From: a virus
Reading direction: 5' to 3' (one strand)
Virus record (IMG/VR): IMGVR_UViG_3300035659_001663
Span: 9,183-73,182 of that record
DNA length: 64,000 nucleotides
Shown in pieces: positions 57,865 through 64,000 of this stretch; position 1 is the first letter of the stretch; every line of letters begins with the position of its first letter. Below the pieces are notes generated by a model. It was not told where the DNA came from. It saw only the letters and a list, made by a program, of their open reading frames with translations, and did no database searches. A program made the translations under genes and the position numbers.

Positions 57865-58656
57865 ATGTCAAAATTTGAATTCATAGTGAGTGAACATGGT
57901 GATTCAAAGATTATTGCATATAGTCCGAATAGTTTAACTAGGAAATTTGATGTAATTGCTGGAAATGATTTTCATGAAAATGAACTAGTTCCGTTTGACA
58001 CGTCGACAACCATTAGACAGTTAAAAGAAACTGACATAAATAGTATACCTAGACGACTGTTAGCTAAATTGGCGTCACAATCAAGTAGATATTATGGTTA
58101 TTCAATGTCAGCAATATGCGCAGATGGACTAATTGTTGACGCAAATGGTATCCCTGATTATATTCTTAGGACTGCCAATGATGACGGAGAATTACTTGTA
58201 GAAAATCTTGGCATTGTTCATGTAGCAGCGATCATGAATCGTTGTGATATTGTAGAACATACTTTAAGATTACTTACAGATAAAATATGTCTATATGAAA
58301 ATCAATTGTTTGTTAAATTACTGAGTTACCAACGACCGCATCAATTGATTTTTGATGATTACTTTTCAATGTCGTCGTTTATGCGATTAATTGACTCAAG
58401 TACAACAATACTTTGTCATCCGCATATGTATAGTAAAATTAATCATTTGCGAGTACCAGTAGAAATTAGTCTTTTGCTTGATAGAAATGAGTGCTATATA
58501 ATGCCTCAAATTATGGGTTGCATGTTTTTGTTTGATGGCAATTTGCAATATTCAGTTAGTTCAAATGATTCAAATATAGCACGAATACGCTTGAATCAAA
58601 ATTTTAATATGAGTATTTCTAACATTTTTTCAAAATACAGGTTTCAAAATGGCTAG
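57865..58656 (+). CDS. Diverged major-capsid-protein paralog (putative HK97 fold)
   Basis: Colinear motif matches to 46820..47692 (see findings). Confidence 0.6.
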   Translation: MSKFEFIVSEHGDSKIIAYSPNSLTRKFDVIAGNDFHENELVPFDTSTTIRQLKETDINSIPRRLLAKLASQSSRYYGYSMSAICADGLIVDANGIPDYILRTANDDGELLVENLGIVHVAAIMNRCDIVEHTLRLLTDKICLYENQLFVKLLSYQRPHQLIFDDYFSMSSFMRLIDSSTTILCHPHMYSKINHLRVPVEISLLLDRNECYIMPQIMGCMFLFDGNLQYSVSSNDSNIARIRLNQNFNMSISNIFSKYRFQNG

Positions 58657-59689
58657 AGCAAAACGTGATTATTATGAAGTGTTAGGTGTTACTAAAGCTG
58701 CAACAGATGAAGAGATAAAAGCTGCATATCGAAAACTTGCAGTTAAACATCATCCAGATAAGACAAACGGCAATAAAGAGTCTGAGGAGAAGTTTAAAGA
58801 AGCAACAGAAGCATACGAGACATTAACAGATTCTCAAAAGAGATCGCAGTATGATAGTCCATTTCAAGGTAGCTCAATTAATATTGGTGATATTTTTGGG
58901 TTTTCAACTAATGCTTTTTCAGGCATGTATACTCATCAAAGTGCAACAAATGTTAGAGGTACACGAGGTCAGGATATTATCATATTGTTAGAGTTGACAT
59001 TGAATGAAGTATTGACAGGAGTACAGAAGACTATAAGGTATAAGAGATATGAAAAATGTGAACCGTGTTCTGGTCGTGGAAGTATGAATGATAGAGTTAA
59101 TCCATGTTCGAAGTGTGGTGGTAGAGGACAGATTAATGAGGTTAGGACGATAGGCAATATAATAATGCAGAATGTTACAATTTGTGATAGATGTAAGGGT
59201 CGTGGGTCAACACTAGATTTCAATTGTAAAGATTGTCTTGGTACTGGTAGAGTTATGAAAGATACTATATTACCGTTAAGCATATTACCGGGAATATCTG
59301 AGCGTGAAGAGATTACTATGAGAAATAATGGTCATTGTGGTGAACATAATGGTGTGCCTGGAAATTTAGTTGTTCGATTTAAGATAAAACAGCATGAGTT
59401 TTTGATAAGAAACATGAACAATGTTTGTTGTGATACTCATTTATCAATTTCGCAAGCAGTGTTAGGATGTAAAGTCACTGTTAGAACATTACAAAAAGAC
59501 AATGAATTGACAATTAATGCTGGAACAAAACATGGAGACAAATATGTTATTGCAAAGCATGGATTACCGATGTTTAACAACAAAGATGTTATTGGTGATC
59601 AGATTGTTAATATTGTGATTGATGTACCAAATAGTTTGACAGATAAACAAAGACAGTTGTTTGAACAGTTGAAAAAGGAGGGTTTGTGA
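58649..59689 (+). CDS. dnaJ: Class A DnaJ co-chaperone
   Basis: J-domain DYYEVLGV...HHPDK; four CxxCxGxG repeats; C-terminal substrate-binding domain. Confidence 0.95.
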   Translation: MARAKRDYYEVLGVTKAATDEEIKAAYRKLAVKHHPDKTNGNKESEEKFKEATEAYETLTDSQKRSQYDSPFQGSSINIGDIFGFSTNAFSGMYTHQSATNVRGTRGQDIIILLELTLNEVLTGVQKTIRYKRYEKCEPCSGRGSMNDRVNPCSKCGGRGQINEVRTIGNIIMQNVTICDRCKGRGSTLDFNCKDCLGTGRVMKDTILPLSILPGISEREEITMRNNGHCGEHNGVPGNLVVRFKIKQHEFLIRNMNNVCCDTHLSISQAVLGCKVTVRTLQKDNELTINAGTKHGDKYVIAKHGLPMFNNKDVIGDQIVNIVIDVPNSLTDKQRQLFEQLKKEGL

Positions 59690-59871
59690 ACTATATAGGT
59701 GACAATCATAAATCTGAATATGAGTATCAGCAGGCACTTAAAGACAGAAAGAAAGATGCAAAGTTGAGGATGCAGCAGACAGCTAAAATTATAAATGGAG
59801 AGATTAGAGCTGGTATATTTGATGGTGTCGTTGGTGTAGCAAAACCCGTTGTCAAGAAGACTAATGACTGA
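59686..59871 (+). CDS. Small hypothetical protein
   Basis: Overlaps the dnaJ stop (GTGA); AAGGAGG upstream. Confidence 0.5.
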   Translation: MNYIGDNHKSEYEYQQALKDRKKDAKLRMQQTAKIINGEIRAGIFDGVVGVAKPVVKKTND

Positions 59872-60559
59872 TTCAATATTAGTGGTTGGTGACAAGTTTA
59901 CTAGTGTACACTTTGTGAATTTGCTACTTAAAATATCATCAAACGATAGAATTTTCGTTGTAGATGACTGCAAGTATGATAATGAAGTTGTGTGCGAAAA
60001 TAATCATGACTTTAAGAGATTGTTTGAATTGTATAATTTCAATAAAGTGATTAATTTTACTGACATTGATTTGTCTGAATATAATGTGGATAGATTTTTA
60101 CAGGTCACAAATAGTGATATTATTACAAATGTGAATGTTTGTAAGTCATATTGTTATGGACCCGGGCAATCTATTAGAGAGTTTTTACCGTATGCAATTG
60201 TAAACGCGATGAAAGAAGAACCAATAATAGTTAGTAATGAGTTTGCAAAATATGATATGTTGTATGTTGATGATTTTTGTGATGCGCTCTATAAGATTAT
60301 GCATTTTGGTGATGATGGGTCATATAATGTTAGTAGTGGGTTTATGATAAAAGAAGTTGATATTGCTAAGATGTTGTTGAAGAAGTTTGAATTGCCGTTA
60401 TCATTTTTTGAGTATAGTAATTGCGATGTGCAAATTGCTGAAGTAAAAGATAATAGAAAAGTAGTTAATTTGGGTTGGCGACCGAAGATAGAGTTTGAGG
60501 ATGGATTAGATTTGACAATAAATTGGTACAAGAAAAATATTAAATCTCTGCTAGAATAA
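59849..60559 (+). CDS. Degenerate NAD-dependent epimerase/dehydratase (RmlB-like)
   Basis: YGPGQ, LYVDDFCDAL, YNVSSG and LGWRPKIEFEDGL..TI.WY present; GxxGxxG and YxxxK absent. Confidence 0.75.
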   Translation: MSRRLMTDSILVVGDKFTSVHFVNLLLKISSNDRIFVVDDCKYDNEVVCENNHDFKRLFELYNFNKVINFTDIDLSEYNVDRFLQVTNSDIITNVNVCKSYCYGPGQSIREFLPYAIVNAMKEEPIIVSNEFAKYDMLYVDDFCDALYKIMHFGDDGSYNVSSGFMIKEVDIAKMLLKKFELPLSFFEYSNCDVQIAEVKDNRKVVNLGWRPKIEFEDGLDLTINWYKKNIKSLLE

Positions 60560-60753
60560 TCTTCATAGCACTGCCTGCATGCTTTAGTCTGCATAATTTT
60601 TCTGCATAGCTTTTACATACTGCTTCACATGCATTACCAGTGTAAGTCAGTGTTTTGTTTTGAAAAGTGAAAATCCTTTGATAAGACAGGCAATTTAAGG
60701 CTGTGATAGTCTTTGTTATTTGATTTAACATTCTAAAAGGACAGACGTTAAAG

Positions 60754-63700
60754 ATGCCTACCGGTGACATTGGTGTACAGATTGGACTTACCGGAGTACA
60801 AGGTTTAACGGGCGTCCAAGGCGAAACTGGTGTACAGGGAGTAACTGGTTTGCTTGGAGCTACAGGTTTGCAGGGTGGTCAAGGAGTTATTGGTAATCCT
60901 GGACTGCGAGGTGTAACTGGTGCAAGAGGTGAGATGGGTGACCAGGGAATGACTGGCACTCAAGGTTTGACGGGAATTGATGGACTTCGAGGAATGACTG
61001 GTGGTCAAGGAGCTACTGGTCTTCAGGGCGGTCAAGGTTTGACGGGAGTTGATGGAGCTACAGGAGTACGAGGTTTTACTGGACTTGCAGGTATTCAGGG
61101 AATTACTGGAGTTCAGGGACTAACGGGAGTACAAGGCGCAAGTGGTATTCAAGGACCGATAGGGTCTACGGGACTAAAAGGTGATAAAGGTTTAACGGGC
61201 GTTCAGGGATCTACAGGAATTCAAGGATTTGTTGGACAACAGGGTATTACCGGTTTAAGAGGGCAGCAAGGAGCAACTGGTTTTGTTGGTGCTAAAGGAG
61301 ATACTGGATCGCAAGGTTTGACGGGTTTACAAGGTAGTACTGGAACGCAAGGACCTTTAGGTTCTACAGGAATAAGAGGAACTACTGGTTTTCAAGGACC
61401 CATGGGTGCGCAAGGTAACACCGGGTTACAAGGTTCGCAAGGTTTGACGGGAATAAATGGTGCAGTTGGATCGCAAGGCGTGACTGGTATACAGGGAGAT
61501 CAGGGAGTTCAAGGCACTACTGGTCTTAATGGTGTTACTGGTGCTCAAGGTCGAATTGGAGCTACAGGAACACAGGGCGAGACAGGATTGCTGGGATCGC
61601 AAGGTAATACTGGATTACAAGGCTCAATTGGACCGAGAGGATTGACTGGTTTACAAGGTGGGACTGGTTTACAAGGTAGTCAAGGTAGTACTGGAATACA
61701 AGGAATACAGGGTAGTTCGGGTGTACGAGGAACTACTGGGTTACAAGGCACAGTTGGTAATCTAGGAACTACCGGTGTGCAAGGAAATCAGGGTATTACG
61801 GGTCTTAGAGGAATAACAGGCGCTTTAGGATCGACGGGATCTCAGGGTGAAACTGGTTTACAAGGATTGCAAGGTAGTACAGGATTACAGGGATCTACTG
61901 GATTGCAAGGTCAAACAGGATTCATTGGAGTTACTGGTATACAAGGTTTGCAAGGTAATGATGGAGCACAGGGTATTACAGGATTAAGAGGAGCACAAGG
62001 ATCAACGGGTATTCAAGGTTTGACTGGTGTGCAAGGTAATATTGGTGATCAAGGAACGACTGGATTACGAGGAGCAGCAGGTAGTACTGGTATACAAGGT
62101 AATACTGGTGTACAAGGTATTGTTGGTGATCAAGGAACAACTGGATTGCGAGGTGCTGCTGGCAATACAGGAGTTCAAGGTGTTACTGGATTGCAAGGAT
62201 TACAAGGTAGTACTGGATTAGGTGTTACAGGACCTGCAGGTGCACCGCAAGGAGAAACAGGAGTTCAAGGTACTACAGGTATTCGTGGTGAACGAGGTAG
62301 TACTGGATTGCAAGGGACAGGATCTACTGGTTTGCAAGGTGCGACAGGATTGATAGGTCCAAGAGGCTTTACAGGTGTTCAAGGTTTGCAAGGAACAACT
62401 GGTGCAGGTATACAAGGAACAACTGGATTACAGGGTGTTCAAGGGTCAACTGGTATTCAAGGGCAACAAGGTTCAACTGGTGCGGGTATACAAGGTGCTA
62501 CTGGATTGCAAGGTTCTCAAGGATTGACTGGAATTCAAGGTTTGGGTCTTACGGGATTACCAGGCGTTACAGGTGAACGTGGTGATCGAGGTTTTACAGG
62601 TGTTCAAGGAATGCAAGGAACTACTGGTGCTGGTATTCAGGGAGTGACAGGTGAACGAGGTGATAGAGGTTCTACTGGATTAAATGGCGCTATTGGATTA
62701 CAAGGCGCGACAGGTATAGGCGCGATTGGTGTTACTGGTTTAGTTGGATTAACAGGAAGTCAGGGTAATACTGGTGCTCAAGGAGTGACGGGTCTTAGTG
62801 TTCCTGGTTCAACAGGTTTGTTAGGTCATACAGGTATACAAGGCTTGACAGGTGCTCAAGGTTTGACAGGAGCAAGTGGTAATACTGGACTTCAAGGTGT
62901 GACTGGATTAGGTCCTACTGGACTTCAAGGTACAACTGGTGTTAAGGGTAATCCTGGAGAACAAGGTCCAACAGGATCAATTGGATTGACCGGAGCTTTG
63001 GGTAATACTGGTGCTCAAGGAAATACTGGTTTACAAGGCACACAAGGAGTAACTGGAGTTGGAGATACTGGTTTACAAGGTATCACTGGTGCTGTTGGTG
63101 TTACTGGCGCATTTGGAGGCCCTGCGGGTGAAACAGGTACGCAAGGTTTGACAGGAATTCAAGGTAATACTGGCCCGCAAGGTATAACTGGTATTCGTGG
63201 TGTTACTGGAATTCAAGGTGCAACAGGATTACAAGGATTGACAGGCTTTGGTGTAACTGGTGCACAAGGGTTGACTGGGTATGGCGTTACAGGTTTGGGA
63301 GTAACTGGATTACGGGGCGCAACTGGTCAGCAAGGATTTACTGGGCTTCAAGGATATGGTGTGACAGGTTTGAGTGGTGTTACTGGAGTGCAAGGAGTAA
63401 CAGGAGTTCAGGGATTAGGATTGACAGGACTTAACGGTGATACTGGTGTGCAAGGTGATACTGGTGCTCAAGGCGAAACTGGTATTCAAGGCGATATAGG
63501 TGTTGGTGCACAAGGAGATACTGGATTACAAGGCTTAGGTGAAACTGGTCTTCAGGGTATTACTGGTGTTCAGGGTGACACCGGTGTTCAAGGTGAAACA
63601 GGTGTTCAGGGAGATGTTGGTTTTCCAGGACCACAAGGAGTGACGGGATCGATAGGAATTCAGGGATTAACTGGAGTTCAAGGTTTGACAGGAGTCGAAG

Positions 63701-64000
63701 GACTTATTGGGCAAACTGGTATTATAGGCATTCAAGGTGATACTGGTATACAAGGTGACACCGGTGCACAGGGCAATACCGGTGTTCAAGGCATGCAAGG
63801 CGATACTGGTGTACAAGGTGTACAAGGTGATACTGGAATACAAGGCGATCAAGGCGTGACAGGTCTTGGAATGACTGGGCCAGTAGGATTGGGTGAGACC
63901 GGATTACAAGGCGTTACTGGAGTAGTTGGTGTTACAGGAGCTTTTGGTGGTCCTCCGGGAGAAACCGGTATTCAAGGTGACACTGGTATTCAAGGTGACA
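60754..64000 (+). CDS. Giant collagen-like (Gly-X-Y) protein, 3' end beyond the window
   Basis: ATG 60754 (MPTGDIGVQIGLTGVQGLTGVQGETG...); G-x-T/G-x-Q repeats in the same frame to the window end (>1080 aa). Confidence 0.92.
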   Translation, partial: MPTGDIGVQIGLTGVQGLTGVQGETGVQGVTGLLGATGLQGGQGVIGNPGLRGVTGARGEMGDQGMTGTQGLTGIDGLRGMTGGQGATGLQGGQGLTGVDGATGVRGFTGLAGIQGITGVQGLTGVQGASGIQGPIGSTGLKGDKGLTGVQGSTGIQGFVGQQGITGLRGQQGATGFVGAKGDTGSQGLTGLQGSTGTQGPLGSTGIRGTTGFQGPMGAQGNTGLQGSQGLTGINGAVGSQGVTGIQGDQGVQGTTGLNGVTGAQGRIGATGTQGETGLLGSQGNTGLQGSIGPRGLTGLQGGTGLQGSQGSTGIQGIQGSSGVRGTTGLQGTVGNLGTTGVQGNQGITGLRGITGALGSTGSQGETGLQGLQGSTGLQGSTGLQGQTGFIGVTGIQGLQGNDGAQGITGLRGAQGSTGIQGLTGVQGNIGDQGTTGLRGAAGSTGIQGNTGVQGIVGDQGTTGLRGAAGNTGVQGVTGLQGLQGSTGLGVTGPAGAPQGETGVQGTTGIRGERGSTGLQGTGSTGLQGATGLIGPRGFTGVQGLQGTTGAGIQGTTGLQGVQGSTGIQGQQGSTGAGIQGATGLQGSQGLTGIQGLGLTGLPGVTGERGDRGFTGVQGMQGTTGAGIQGVTGERGDRGSTGLNGAIGLQGATGIGAIGVTGLVGLTGSQGNTGAQGVTGLSVPGSTGLLGHTGIQGLTGAQGLTGASGNTGLQGVTGLGPTGLQGTTGVKGNPGEQGPTGSIGLTGALGNTGAQGNTGLQGTQGVTGVGDTGLQGITGAVGVTGAFGGPAGETGTQGLTGIQGNTGPQGITGIRGVTGIQGATGLQGLTGFGVTGAQGLTGYGVTGLGVTGLRGATGQQGFTGLQGYGVTGLSGVTGVQGVTGVQGLGLTGLNGDTGVQGDTGAQGETGIQGDIGVGAQGDTGLQGLGETGLQGITGVQGDTGVQGETGVQGDVGFPGPQGVTGSIGIQGLTGVQGLTGVEGLIGQTGIIGIQGDTGIQGDTGAQGNTGVQGMQGDTGVQGVQGDTGIQGDQGVTGLGMTGPVGLGETGLQGVTGVVGVTGAFGGPPGETGIQGDTGIQGD

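Noticed and set aside
60560-60640. Short CTGCAT repeats as iterons
   Set aside because: Only three 6-mers with irregular flanks; not distinguishable from chance
60754-64000. CRISPR array or non-coding tandem repeat
   Set aside because: Periodicity is 9/18 nt with wobble variation, i.e. Gly-X-Y coding; no constant repeat with unique spacers

Overview
This 64 kb window is a segment of a large, AT-rich tailed-phage (Caudoviricetes, probably jumbo-class) genome, and essentially all real genes lie on the + strand. In order it holds: a Zn-ribbon/Zn-ribbon/vWA three-gene module; probable virion proteins, one split by an HNH-carrying intein; a cluster of five genes plus one remnant sharing a paralogous NHL-like beta-propeller; a GIY-YIG homing endonuclease; a dNMP-kinase/radical-SAM/UDG-family cluster; gyrB-gyrA-topA; and a sigma-70-family factor directly upstream of the head module (terminase large subunit, portal, SWIM-finger protein, prohead protease, scaffold, decoration protein, major capsid protein). 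After these come an HNH/Zn-finger insertion between near-identical terminators, further structural genes, an RCC1-repeat gene, a diverged capsid paralog, dnaJ, a degenerate NDP-sugar epimerase, and a >1000-aa collagen-like ORF that runs off the window and is missing from the ORF track. The most interesting signals are: (i) a recurrent K/R-x-A motif in head-module proteins that also flanks the core of the sigma factor, suggesting a protease-matured, virion-packaged sigma factor; (ii) a synonymously diverged 39-nt copy of a capsid-gene segment just upstream of the HNH nuclease, where the capsid gene itself looks recoded; and (iii) a second, cryptic capsid-like gene. All assignments come from motif recognition by eye; no searches were run. 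I saw no tRNA, rRNA or CRISPR array.
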